From the NCBI GenBank assembly GCA_025786725.1, contig JAHLTZ010000062.1, forward strand, positions 9,556 through 73,555: DNA of 64,000 nucleotides, in the 5' to 3' direction. The notes below the pieces were generated by a model. The model was not told the DNA's origin and made no database searches. It worked only from the letters and a program-made list of their open reading frames with translations. Below are positions 12,928 through 26,632 of the stretch, in pieces. The position numbers and the translations under genes are program-made. Each line of letters starts with the position of its first letter. Position 1 is the stretch's first letter. The stretch is from Syncephalis fuscata S228. Lineage: Eukaryota; Fungi; Zoopagomycota.

Positions 12928-14889
12928 TTAGTCTTTTCGTTCTTGGTGCCATTGTTCGAGTAGTTCATCAAAACGTTCGTTCATTGCCGTTTGCAAACCA
13001 AAGCTCTGTGGTGTGCTACTACTAAGCTTTTTGCTTGCTTCGAGCGCGGATAGTTTAATAGGCTTAAAATTGACGCGGCTTGTTTCGGATATCGATCCAT
13101 GAGGACGGTGGCGATAGTGTGGCTGTGTGGCCTGTGTCTTTCGACGAACAATATTGGCTGTACTGCCATTACTAGCATAGTCAGTGGCGGTCATATTGCC
13201 ATTGCTAGGAACGGGTGGTAGCTCATTTACTAGTCGTTGATTTTGCAACAGGGGTGATACACCGCCGATAATGGTGGAGCGTACATCTCTTTTACGCTGT
13301 GCTGCTGAACGCTGTTCCAATGCTGCTACTGTTGGTGGTGGTGGTGGGGGTCGTAGAGGTGGTGCAGGAGTGGTGGCAAGTCTTACCGATGCAGCCGGTG
13401 CATTCGGCAGTGGTGGTACGGGAGGCGTGGCAAGTCTGGCTGGTACGGCTGGTAAAGGCGATGTAGAAGGTGTGGCCAGTCTAGCTGGTGCCGGTTGGTT
13501 CAACTGGCTATTAGGCCTCATTACAAACATAGGATTTTCACCCGCTTGTTGCAGCTGCTGGTAGAACTTTAATGGGCGATCCTCAAGTCCAAAGTAGCGT
13601 TCTATACCATGGCATTAATGTCGACTGTTTAATAATTATTAGTGACTTACTTCGATTGCCATGCACAATAAATAGCGCATAGTTTTTTCCATCATCAACA
13701 AGATTGTATTTCTTTAGTGCCATATCAAGGATCTGTTGACTAGTACTTTCAAGAGTAATTCGAAGTGCTTTATAAGCTTCATTCTCACGACCAGGCAATC
13801 GGTCGCCATAAACACGAATTGCATTTGTATTTAGTGTTGCAGTGGCCGGATTCTAATGCATTATATTTAATCAATAAAAGTATTCATTAATAATGATATC
13901 ATCATTGCTGTTGCTGCTTTGACTTACCGCAAAGTTTGCCAAACGAGGCTCACTCTTTAAATATGGTGAACTAGGTGTGGAATTAATAATGCTATTTCTC
14001 TCAGCTGTGGGTGACCGTGTGGCTTGTTTATCTTTTTTTATAAGAACGGTAATGGGGAGCGTGCACTTTCTTTAATCGATCCCGAAGAAAATAGATTTAA
14101 AGCGGCAGGTTTAGCGCGTTTCTGGGCATTTGCCGCGACGACAGCAGCTGCAGTGGCACTTGGACTATTTTCACTCGATAAATTAGATACAGTGATGATT
14201 GGTGATGCGGATCCTTTGGGTATAGCCGTAATATGGGGAGAGGTTCGGGCAGACTCGCTTGTTTCAGGCTTTAGCGCATATTAGTACAAATCAATAATTG
14301 ATTAATAGAAGTACTTACTCGACCTGCGATCTGGCGTAATACAGGTAACAAATGATCACGTAACATCTTCAATTCGTGACTTATATGATTAATCTCATTT
14401 GTAACTTGGCCTAGTTTTGCATCTAAATCAATATTGATTAGTTACTTGTACATAAATTCACGTATTATTCCTCACTGTGTGATATAGCAATGGATTTACT
14501 CGTCTGGTCTTCCGTCCAAATATCTATATCTAATAGCAATATTAGTAAAATAAACTAGCCAATATGCTAACACTCTACCTTGTGGAATAAAATCATCATT
14601 ATCTATAGGGATGTTGTATTCCAGCTTTAAACGATAAATGGCCTTTAATATACCAAGTCGATGGCCAACAGATAAAACATTAAGATCACGTAATGTATCG
14701 TGCATTAAATGTAAAAGTACGTCTCCGGATACCTCCTCAGCTATATAACCATTTTATTAATGTGATTCATAGTATGTTACACACAGTACCTTCAAATTGG
14801 TGCGTATAAGTACCATAGCCATTTTGTGATAGCCAGTCGGACACTTCATAAACTGACCACTGATGTACGTATGAACTCATGGTGGTCAT
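12928..14889 (-). CDS. STE50: Ste50-like adaptor: N-terminal SAM, RA domain, Pro-rich tail
   Basis: SAM WSVYEVSDWL..LRDLNVLSVGHRLGILKAIY; RA YKALRITLESTSQQILDMALKKY..YALFI..EDRPL..PMFVMR. Confidence 0.75.
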
Positions 14890-16135
14890 TGAAACTGGAT
14901 ACTCAAATAAACGTTACTTTTTGAGCTAGTTTAAGTGTTGGTCTACGTGTAGTAATAGCGGTAATAGTAGCGGTAATAATAATAATAATAGTAATAGTGT
15001 AGTGGCTATTATTGTGACTGTATATAATGGTGGCAGCTTTCTTCGATAAATAATAAAGCTTGCTTGTCAAGAATAATAGAGAATGATGGTGAAATGCCGC
15101 CGCTCTTACTGTAATAATTGATGGATGTAGGGAAAAAGGTAAAAAATATGAATGAGCTTAGAAGGAACAGAGCTAGGAAAACGCCAGTATTTTTGTTGCT
15201 AGCGGAGGCCGCTGATGTGAAGCGGAGTAATAAATTCTAAATCAGAAAAGCTCATTAAACTGGTAGCAACCAATCCAAAACAAGGAGACGCATTGCAACC
15301 ACCAAGATAAAACACAATACTAATAATTAAAATTGCTATGCAAGCATAAATTAAAAAGCTATGCCAATAAGTTTACTAATAACCAGGCATTTAATATCTA
15401 CAGGTTTCGAATACTACAGTATAACTAATCCAATGTGAAATACTATGTCATAGGCTAACTTTTTGTTACATTTACAGAATTTCAATGACCGACATTGAAT
15501 ACTTTCCCATGTTTTGAATGAAGCTATGCCGAAACTGCAGCATTTGTACCACGAGCTCAGTTGCCATCATAGTAATGCAATTAAACCTTTAAGATGGCCA
15601 TAATACATAAGCAAAACAATGAATCAAACATATATAATTTTAAACTAGGGGACATTTGTAATGGTATCATTATTGCTTGCAATACTATGGTGTCATATTG
15701 AAAGCATCAATTTTAATAACATATATATAATATAATAAACGTATATTCATCATAATGGGCTACAATAACTATTAACGTGGCTGTATTTTACCAAAATACA
15801 CAAATAATATCTAATATTTTATCTGTTCATATATAAATAGCTAGTCTTGTTTAGAATATCATTAAACGGGGACGGGGAGTAGACAGGTTACAAATACATT
15901 TGAAACGAGTATGAACGTGAATAATAAAACATAACGTATATGTAACAAAAGTGATGGCCAATTCGCTTCATACTACCCTGTTAGTATGACAACGTAATAA
16001 GTAAAGTAACCAATTTGAATACATGAATTAAATCTAATGACTAATTAACAACTATCAAAGGTATAAACTAACAAAAAAATAAATTGATTTATTATTAATG
16101 TATCAAGGAAAGTAAGAATACTGATATAGTTATAA

Positions 16136-19100
16136 TTAGCGGTGCATTGTAATGGTCGTCGGCGCTTGAGGAATAGGTGGTAAGGGTCTATCTGATTGAT
16201 GACCACTTGATAACGATCGTTTGGCAAGTATTTCAGTTAGGAATCGACGTGCTTCTTTATGAACGGCTGCTCGTAATCGAAGTACGCGAAGGATACAATC
16301 TACTTGATCGGCACCACTTTCCGTTTTCTTCTTCGCCAACTGTTTAATAGTGCCTAGATTGCGACGGGCCATAATGCTTTTATTACGACGGGCACCGCCA
16401 GCACCATTCGCGGCTGATTGAGCATCGGCTGCTTGTTGATAGCGAGTAATCAACGCTTCAGCTGATAACGGATAAATATCTCGAATAAGCATAAGTGTAT
16501 GGTATTTGGGACTTTCCAGAGTTGATAGTGAAATGCCATCACCGTCATCACCACCGTGGAAATACAATTTAAGCAACTAATAGCAAACATAATTAATAAC
16601 TTGCAATAATTAATCAGTCTACTGGTTTTACTTACCTCTAGGCAGGTGTAGACCATTTCAAGCTCGTTGCCCTCTAATGGTTTCATACTTGTTGGCTGCT
16701 CTGATAGCGGTGGCACTAAAAGATTCTCCAAATTTTGCAGCATTTCCTTCCATATCTTTGAAAATACCATCGATGACACTTCAGGTCGTAAATGATTAAA
16801 TAGCGTAAATAGATTTTTATCGAGATAGTCAATGAGCGGGTGCAGTGCTTCATCGCCATCTGTTTCGGTTACGGTAGCATTCTTTCGATTAGAACTGCCA
16901 CCCTTAAAGATTGACGTCATTTGCTGAAGTGCGCTATTGTTATTCATGGCTCGGAAAATAACCTTTTTCGACAAACAATGACGTACATAGCCAGACATCT
17001 ACAAAAAAGAGTTAATTAATTAATTACTATAAAATACTAGAATTGCTTACCTCATCGACAATCATGCGCGCCATATCGGCTTGAGTGCGTTTCAGTGTAC
17101 GGAATGCTTTACCGAAATGGAATCGAATATCATCCTTTTCGCCTTCCATACTCACACGTATTAATAGGCGGCCTTGTGGCTTCAAATCCAACCAAATATC
17201 ATGAGCGAGGAAATCGCCAAATAGCGATGGCTGTAGACGGAATACAGCCGTACCGCAAATATCATCGCCACCAACTAAATCTTTATCAAATACTGTGGCC
17301 AATACTTCGATCGATGCCGATAATCTAAACTCGAACGTCTCATCCCAGCGTGGATTCAGCGATTCTTGAATAACACGTGTTCGAGCCATTTCAACCTCGC
17401 CCGATTGCAGTACAACATAGGGATCACTAAGGCCATTCTGGTCACAATCGGCCAAGTTCTCAGCGAGTACAACTTTCACCGTATAAATATAGACAGGTGG
17501 GCCATCTGACGTTGAAGTCAGTTTTAGTTTTCTCTGTGGATTGGTTGATAGCAGATAGGCCACTTCATCAACATCCAATGTATCATACAATGTATTAAGC
17601 CGATGTCGTACAGCCTCAATATTATTTAAACGCACACACGACTATTTAACTCGATTAGTATTACAATTGTAATTTCACATCCCTTTTCCTACCTCTGATT
17701 TCAAATCTACTGGTGTAGGGTCATTTACTTTACTTGCATCTGCCGATCTTGTATAGTCAAACCACGCCTTACGCGCATTGACTGGCAATGCTGGCCGTTC
17801 CTCTTGAATCATTGGCACTAAATCTTGAACAAATAGCCGTTCCATACTCTCGCAGTATTTACCCACAGCTCGTCCAAAGATCTATAATAGATTATTAGAA
17901 ATTACAAATTAGTTAAATATCAATAATACACACCTTTGATAGCATAGTAACAAATTGTGCTTGTTGTACTTCATCAGGCCAGTGTAAATTTTCCAAAAAG
18001 TCAATTTGTTGTTGGAAGATTGAAAACAAATCTAATACTGATGATGAATGACGTGCCTCTTCCGATAATGGCTCAAACTAATCATAAATGTTAATTAAAT
18101 AGCCAATTAACTACTAGTTACAACTTACTGAATCCTCTCCAATAACATTATCAACCCATTGTACGGTCTTATCCTCTGTAATACGCATCCATCCGTGTAC
18201 ATATCGAGCAAACCATGAGGCCACATCCATGCTTAGTGGTGTACTATTTGTTGTACATATTAGATTCATTACTATAGTAAATATTAATAAATGCTACTCA
18301 CTCTTTACAACGCTTCTTATATAAATCACGCAAAGCCCGTACTGAATGATAAAGTTTAAAGGCGTTCTCGCTGGGACTGCCATCATCGTCATATTCTATA
18401 GGCTGATTCATGGTATTTTCCATTTCAAGTATAAAGTACTTGAGATAAACACCAAGAGATGTACCGGCCACATCCACTTCGCTAATGGCAATAGTCAGTA
18501 TTAGTTAACCATGCTACTAATATGATTAATTACCCAATAATAGGCACCGGGAATCGTTTAGTCATACGACTGGTCTCTGTTTGTAATGCTTCAGCCATCA
18601 ATAGCATCTGATCAATTTCTGGCGCATCCAGTGTTTGACGTAACATTCGCGTCTTAAATCGTGTAAATCTTTCACTAGCTGTATCCTATTTATAATACAC
18701 AAATTAATGGTTGTAGACCCACCATGTAAACTACCTACTTCAATGGCGTCTTTTACTTCATTTCTACAGCCTTGTAAGTCGGGATGGGCCATTCTAAAAT
18801 TTTCATCTTCATGAATATCGTCGAGCATAAATAAAAGTGGTGACAATTCATCCACTGATGTGTTTTCAGGCGCATTCAAGGCAGCGGTAAGCATTGAAAG
18901 CAGTGTTCGATTAAGTCGAACGTGTATTTGAAATAGATAGCGACGCTATAGCATACACAGGTCATTAAACAATACCATAATTTATAATAAACTTACATCA
19001 GTATTTGACCATAATTTGTAAGCATTTCTTGTAGCATTTTTGTACATTGTGGCAAATCCATCGCTAACATGTTCAATACAAACCATTTCTTTAGCAAGAT

Positions 19101-20670
19101 TAAGACATAGAATATCAATCATACTGTAAATGTAATATATATATTATTAGTCTATATAGCTATACTAATTACTAGTTGTATTACTTACGCCAAATCACGA
19201 AAAGTAGCGCCTAATCGCCAACGAACACCACATTCCTTAATAAGATTTAATGAACGAGCCGATAATACACGTTGGTCTGGTGGTGTTGTGCCACTTAATT
19301 GTAGTTCTGAATCCATACATACACTAACAAGCATTTTATAGCACTCGCCCGGTGATGGGGGGATAAAATTATAGGTTGGATTACGCGGATCCTAATTAAA
19401 TTAAATTAATCAAATTAAATTATCAATAAAATTATTACTTACAGCGGTATTTGATCCACCTGCAGTGGCAAATTCACGCTGTTGACCTGGTGCATATCCA
19501 CCAGAGCCTGATGATTGCAATAGACGTGGGTCAGCTGTCACACTATGAGCAATAAGTTGATTCAATTGCTGCACTTCACGCTTCTTCCATTGACTATACA
19601 GTTCAGGATCTTGAAAATCACTTGGCTTAATCGCCGGGTGATTATCGTGTTCTAAAGCAGCCAAACAGCGTTTTAAATCCTCTACTGCTGCCTAGATCAT
19701 CATCATTAATATAGAATAGACCCGTCACATAAACATGCTTGGCATTAGTACATTACAGCTATGCTAGCATTAACACTTATTGCTTTGCTATTACCTTTGG
19801 TGTACACGAGGCGCGTAGACTACGTGCCGTACGCTCATGGTCTTCAACGCTCACGCCTAATACTTGCCGTGTCCACGATACAAGGCCATCGCGGTCGTGA
19901 AAATAGACTTCACTTGTATCGGCGTGGTCACTTTCTGAAATACGTCGGCCATTCGAGTTGCTTGGTCCACTTGATGGTGCAGATGCTGTATCGTTATCAC
20001 TCTGAGTCTGTGCATTCATTTCTCGCATATAGTCTTCATACTGTTTGATCATGGCACCGACATACGGTATGCCGATACACTCATACTTTAAGCAGTCAAT
20101 GGACTCGTTGGCCATGACTTGAATATATGCCATGGGCTGTAACAGTCCTACTTCTCCCGCATAATTAACAAACTCAGACATCAAAAAGGCCACTGTGCTA
20201 TTTCTACTCATGCGATCCTTAAATGTTTGCGACTTCATAGTCGTTACCGCAAAGTTGGTAAGTGTATAAGCAATGCGCGGGTCTGAACTTGACAAGGCAT
20301 TGCGCTTTCCTTCGTAAATACGAGTAAATCGCTTGCGGAATTTACGCAAGAAATCTTTAGTCAATACTTGAGAAGGATCGTTATGTGACGATGATGACGC
20401 TTGTTGCAAAAGATCAGATAGAAAAGCGTTAACTCGTTGAGATGGACTAATATTCCAAGAGACCGGTCGCTGACCACTCGATGCTTGTAAGGAATCAGAT
20501 GCAAATTGAGGTCGCGTAGGAGAGTGGTGTTGAGGCGCATTGTTGGCCACTGCTACTCCCGCCTGACCAATGGCCTCTGTGTTCAATAGAGCACACCGCA
20601 ATACATAGCGATACAGCTCTCTTGACTTATCTTCTTGGGTGGGGTGGGCAGAGCCCGTTTCCGACCGCAT
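16136..20670 (-). CDS. Large C2 and Munc13-homology (MUN) domain protein (Ync13/Git1/Yor296w-like), multi-exon
   Basis: C2 LAENLADCDQNGLSDPYV..LNPRWDETF..DKDLVGGDD; MHD1-like SSVLDLFSIFQQQIDF; MHD2-like LHPLIDYLDKNL..LYFHGGDDGDG. Confidence 0.85.
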
Positions 20671-22639
20671 TAGCAGGGTCTTCTATCGTCGAACGTCGGT
20701 TCATAGTATAGGGACCAACGAGGAGAGATGAAACTAGCTGGCCAGTATAGATGTGCTGTAGTAAATGTAGAAGCAGTAGTGGCAGTAGTAACAGCAATAG
20801 GAATCAAAGCGTAAATGGATAAAACAAAAGCAAAAGCCACTAGATAGATAGATAGATAGAGAAAACAAAGACTAGGTCGATATCTCTCACGATGGCTAAA
20901 GGGCTTAATTGAAAGTGACGAGTGGTAATGGAGAACAACGAATGCAACTGGCCTATTATTCTATTTCTAGGTCACATAACTATTTTTACTTCAATCGATT
21001 CTATTTAAAATCGATTACTATTATTACTATTGTTATTAGTTAACAAGATGTGCACCATTCTTTAGGCAAGAACCAATGGTAGATCACCTTGGCAGTGTCT
21101 ATAAAACTGTTTATTTTAAAATAGGCATATTATAGGCTAATTAGAAGCATGATTAATACAAAAAAAAAGTAACACATCAGCATAGATAAAATGTTAATTA
21201 CACCATTTGTATTTGTATTTGATCATTATTGTAAGTAGTATAATTGTATTTTACTATAAAAATACGATTTAGAATCATTTGTATTAAATAAGTGTAATTA
21301 CTGTATATTGGCTAATTTAATATTACTAACAACTAATGAATATCTTTTACTATTGTTGCAACTTGTCAACTCGAGTAGAACGTAAAAGAATTGTATAGGA
21401 AATGAGTACCTTGCGTCTATTGTTTTATATAACCTTGGCGTAAATTAACCGTCTTTCTACTAGCTATTATAGCTATATTAATAATATAAATTCAACTCGT
21501 GCTTTTCTATACTTGTTTCTTTATTAAGCAAATCATTTGATATTATTGTATGGGCAAGTATACAAGCTCTTTAGTTCTAATTATAAATACCTGTATACTA
21601 TACATAGTAATTCAGGTACAATACTACTTAAAGGGGCATGATTTAAATACCGCGTGTCAACACCGACTAGCAAGTATCATCTCAGCTTGATTTGATAGTT
21701 GATGGCCTTGATGTAGACAACCAATCTATACAATAAACCATAGATACATACAACAGATACATACACATGGTATTACGCCACATGATGTACAAGTACCATG
21801 ATTATAGTTGTAATTATAGTTATAATCATTAATAACGGGTATTACATCAATAAAAGTGACCCTCGTGAGTACAACACGCTGTGTATCATGTGCACGTTCC
21901 GATCACTGACCTGTCTAAGCAATGGAATGAACAAATAAATGGCAAGTAGTATTATATTTGGCTATCTGACTTACAGCACACTACACTACACTACACTAAT
22001 ATACTATTGATATTAATGCAAAGTATCGACTAATTGTCTAAAATGGCGTACATTACACTATTTGTAATGTCGGTGTGGTTATTGTTGTGCTTTGTTAAGC
22101 CTTTTGCCCTTACATCGATTGACCACACGTGTACAAGGCAGAAGAGTTCATTGGTTGTAGTGCCACATGCCCTCAGACTCAGTCACACTGGAACTAGAAT
22201 AATGATGGGCCGTGGAGGTCGAGCCATACAAGGGAAGAGATGTGTTGTTCCCATACTCAATGTATGACTGAACAGACATGATGGTCACTAACAGTAACAA
22301 CACTACATCATTTCCACGTTGATCTTTGTTGTTGTTACTGTTGTTGTTACTATTCTCTATTCTAGCGCTACTCTTCTTCCTCTACTTACCTATACTTACC
22401 TACCTACCTACTTACTTCACACTTTGTCATCTCTCTTTTCTTCCTTTTCCTCTTCTTCTTCTTCTTCTCTTTACTGCTCAAACTTACTGTTGTTTCCTAT
22501 TCTCGTAACTAGCTTACGGCAATTATACTGTGTCCTGCACCCTTCCGATCCTTTAATATTTACTTTGTTGTTCATACGTCAACTATCGCCGTTTAAACAC
22601 TGCCATCCCCACAGCCTACCCTCACTTTTTATTATTCAC

Positions 22640-24187
22640 ATGGCACCAAGAGCTATTCGTCGTAAGAACTTGCTGGACCAGTTTAACTTTATGGTGGCTG
22701 GTGCATCTCGACTTGGCAAATCTGCATTTTTACGCACATTCTTACGTACACTTGATGTGTCGGCCCCATCGTCGGATGAGCCACTGCCTACGCCAGAAAG
22801 CTTCCACGATGGTCCCACCACGCGTATTAACCAAGTATCCATGGTGGTTGACGAAGCAAACGACCGCTTTGGCCTTACAATGGTGGATACGCCTGGATTC
22901 GTCGATGACGGCACCGTAGACGAACAGTGCCGCCTACTTATTACTTTTCTCGAAAATCAATTTGATGCCCGTCTTATCGAGGTAAGTAGAGTAATGCCGT
23001 GTAGGCATACAGCGTATATGCTTACTGACGCATTTATCCATCTAATTAATATACATCGAATAGGAATCACGTGTTAAGCGCAATCCAAAAGCATTACATC
23101 GCCAATTGCACGCATGTCTCTACTTCCTCGATCCATCGCATGCTGGTCTGCGCCTGTAGATATTTCAGTTATTAGCAGTTTATGCGAACGAGTCAACGTT
23201 ATTCCCGTTATTGCCAAGGCGGATACACTAACCGTAGAGCGTATGCGTCGTGTTAGACGGGCTATTCGCGAAGATATCCGTGCTCACCGTCTTCGTATCT
23301 ATGAATTTCCTCAATGGGATGATGAAGATGAAGAGTTGTCCGAAGATGGCGACCAAGAAGAGGAGAACGACGAGGGAGCAGCATTACGTCTATCGTCAAC
23401 TGCTCTGCGTCGTCTTATTCCATTTACTATTATGTCGATGGAAGAAGAATTAGCATCGGCTAATGACGACGATCTAGCCAATGATATTGAACTATTTACT
23501 GATGAAGATAGTGAAGAAGAAGGAGAGCTATTTCTGAATATAGTGAAGATAGCGAAGATAGCGAAGATGAAGATGAAGATGAAGATGAAGATGGTACAAG
23601 TACTAAAGAGAAAGCCAGAAAAGAATCTATCATTACGGCAGATACAACATCAGTCGCTGAAACATCAACCAATGGCGATGTTAAAACAACTGAAGATGAA
23701 GTAGATTCAACTGTTGAAACAACGCCATCTAAAAGTGCAATTAATGGCCACCATGATGAAACGTTACTAATACTACAGACACCACTACTACCAATACTAA
23801 TAATGAAATATTAATACAACATCCACTGAAACTAATGATGACAGTGTATCTCCCAAGATTGAAGGCAATGGACATGCAGCAAAACATGAAGGACCAACAA
23901 GTGAACAACAACAGCCAGCCACTGAACCGTTTCTGGGTCGTCGTTATCCATGGGGCGATGTAATGGTGATGGATCCAACACATTGTGATGTAGCCGTATT
24001 ACGTACACTGTTACTTGAAACACAGCGTCGATTACTACGTGATACAACCGTTGAAGTACTCTATGAACGGTATCGTACAGAACGTATGCGTGAACGTCGT
24101 GCCACAATGTTGGCAGCCCGTAGAGATGCTCGTTCAAGTTCACTACCTAGTTCACCGATATCGCCTCTTCTCGGTGTAGGTATTTAA
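22640..24187 (+). CDS. Atypical septin with long acidic insertions (intron 22982-23063; apparent indels)
   Basis: G1 GASRLGKS, G3 DTPGF, HACLYF, G4 VIPVIAKADTLT, septin-unique GRRYPWG..HCD. Confidence 0.9.
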
Positions 24188-25338
24188 TGGCTTTTCTAAC
24201 TACGTACACTTCTTTCTATTCATTAGCACGTCATTGAATTTAACATTTCTATTTGTTTATCTTTTTAAACTACAACGACCCACGCTTTAATGTATGTGTA
24301 TAGATTACACAGTCCATTGAGATATAGTCAGTAATAGCTTAATAAATCATCATACATCATAAAATAGTATAGTTTTATATTACTATAACAACAATGGCCA
24401 TTTTAATCCATTTTAATCAAATTGATACTTTACAGCGTAGAATTAATCGAATCTTCGATTTAGTCGTTCTATCAACAATGCCCCCAACTTGACCAGGTCA
24501 TATTATTTAACATTAATATGGTGGCATCTATTTGTTATAAGAGTGTGGGTGTGCTTGCAGTGAACACTAGCGATTGGTGAGAATTATTGGTTTGTGTTTC
24601 CTCTTCTCACTTCTACGCTGTTTATCGGCGACCTTCAAGATTCTTTCTTCAAATAAGCGTAAACGACCAGTGGCTTCTGACGAAGAAGCAGCAGCAGTAG
24701 CAGCAGTAGCAGAAGCGGGAGCAGTAGCAGCGACCACCACCACCACCACTGTAGAAGCTATTAAAGTAAAAGAGGGAGAGTACAGAGACGAACAAGTAAC
24801 AGATTCGCCAACGTCTGTCGTCACTACAACTACTAGTGCTACTACGGCTACTACAGCCCGAGAAGTAGTAGTGGGTACCTCATTAGACGGCGTAGCGTCT
24901 CGTCATCTTTATTGTTGCCACGCCACAACACGTTCTCACTGCCACGCCTGCTCTTCTGCCTCTAGTACGTCTACTTCTACTTCTACATATCGTGGTCGTT
25001 ATCGCGATTCGTTGCCGATCGTGTGTTCATCTCAGCCTCGTGAACCAACTTTACGCCGCCTTTCCAATCCTTTCCCAGCTACTACTTTACTTAGTACCAC
25101 CACCACTGCCACTACTCCTACTAGTACTACCAATACACTTATTTCTACTACTGCTGCTACTGCTGCTGCTACTGCTACTGCTATTTCGCCCGTCTCATCT
25201 CGCTCTTTGTCCTCACCTACCGTCACTTCTTCTTTTTCTTCTTCCTCCTCTTTATCGATCTCTGACGCTGCTACTGCACGTCTATCGTTGATCGCCTTAC
25301 TTCGTCGTGGTCACTCTCTCACTACACCTACTACCATC

Positions 25339-25981
25339 ATGGGCAATACACCGTCAACTCAGATGCTGGACAATATGGTCCAGTCAACCAACTGTAAGTC
25401 AATAATACTAAGCTTCATCTCGCGTATTTATTATATTAACCACACTTCATCTAGTCACGGCAGACGAAGTTCAGCGTTTGTACAAGCGATTTATCAAGCT
25501 AGATAAAGATGGCAGTGGCAGTATTGACAAAGATGAATTCCTTGCCATTCCTCAGATTGCTGGTAATCCACTCGCCTCTCGACTAATTGCTATATTCGAT
25601 GAAGACGGTGGCGGTGATGTTGATTTCCAGGAATTTATCCGCGGTCTAAGTGTATTTAGTGTTAATAGTAACAAAATGGAGAAATTACGCTGTAAGTGGC
25701 TATAATAAATGTATTAATTCAGTAAATTAATTTGAATACCATTAGATGCTTTTAAAGTATACGATATGGATCGTGATGGTTTTATTTCAAATGGTGAATT
25801 ATTTCTAGTACTTAAAATGATGGTTGGCAACAATTTAAAGGACCAGCAACTACAGCAGATTGTCGATAAGACAATTATGGAGGCAGACAAGGACGGTGAT
25901 GGTCATATTAGCTTTGAAGAGTTTTGCAACTTTGTAGAAACAACAGATGTTGCTAAGCAATTGACACTTGATGCCTTTTAG
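25339..25981 (+). CDS. CNB1: Calcineurin regulatory subunit B
   Basis: MGN myristoylation start; four EF hands ([36 protein letters not shown]); introns 25394-25454 and ~25692-25745. Confidence 0.97.
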
Positions 25982-26185
25982 TGCGTAGAAATAATAATAA
26001 TACGTACTCTACTTTCGTGAATATATAATGAAAAGAATTAAGTTCTATTTAACCATTAATTACTGCTTATAATATTAAGATGCATATTGTTGTTATTACA
26101 CCTGATTAATGTTGTCATTGTTACTACTGCTTATTACTAACATTTATTATTGTTGCTGTTACTATTCGTTTATTACACGGGCTAT

Positions 26186-26632
26186 TTATTGTAATGAACG
26201 GGCAACAACACCGCCTTCTTGTTTTATCATTTCACGTATTTTCCAAAAGACTGGCCAGGCGCGTACCTCGTCTGGTGCGTCAAGACGATGCTCGTCGGCG
26301 GTCAAATAGTGATACAGGTCCCATTCAGACCAGTCGTTAGACATAATAAGCAATTCATAATCGGCACGATCGCTACTTGATAACAAGGGCAAGTGATCTT
26401 CAGCGAATCGCGATAGAATAAGCGTTGTTTCTAGAATGCCTCGTTTACGCGAATGATACGTTAAGCGTGTTACTTCTCGACTCGCTTCGCTTGATAGTGC
26501 GCTATTATTACTTGGACTGGATGTAAATTGTGAACTCAATGAGCGCAAAAAAATAGCACCAATTCGTGGCTGCACATAGAAGCGCTGCGTACAAGAACGT
26601 GTCAATTGACGGCGAAGTGCGGTGGCAAACAT
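26186..26632 (-). CDS. SDH5: Succinate dehydrogenase assembly factor 2
   Basis: LTYHSRKRGILET, WDLYHYLT; mitochondrial presequence MFATALRRQL. Confidence 0.9.
   Translation of the reverse strand: MFATALRRQLTRSCTQRFYVQPRIGAIFLRSLSSQFTSSPSNNSALSSEASREVTRLTYHSRKRGILETTLILSRFAEDHLPLLSSSDRADYELLIMSNDWSEWDLYHYLTADEHRLDAPDEVRAWPVFWKIREMIKQEGGVVARSLQ

Noticed and set aside
22319-22639. Hydrophobic N-terminal extension of the septin ORF
   Set aside because: Non-ATG start and a T/C-rich leader; the ATG at 22640 directly precedes the polybasic region and G1
24574-25506. 310-aa ORF extending calcineurin B at the N-terminus
   Set aside because: Low-complexity translation of ACT/GCT/TCT repeats in the leader; CNB1 needs the MG start at 25339 for myristoylation
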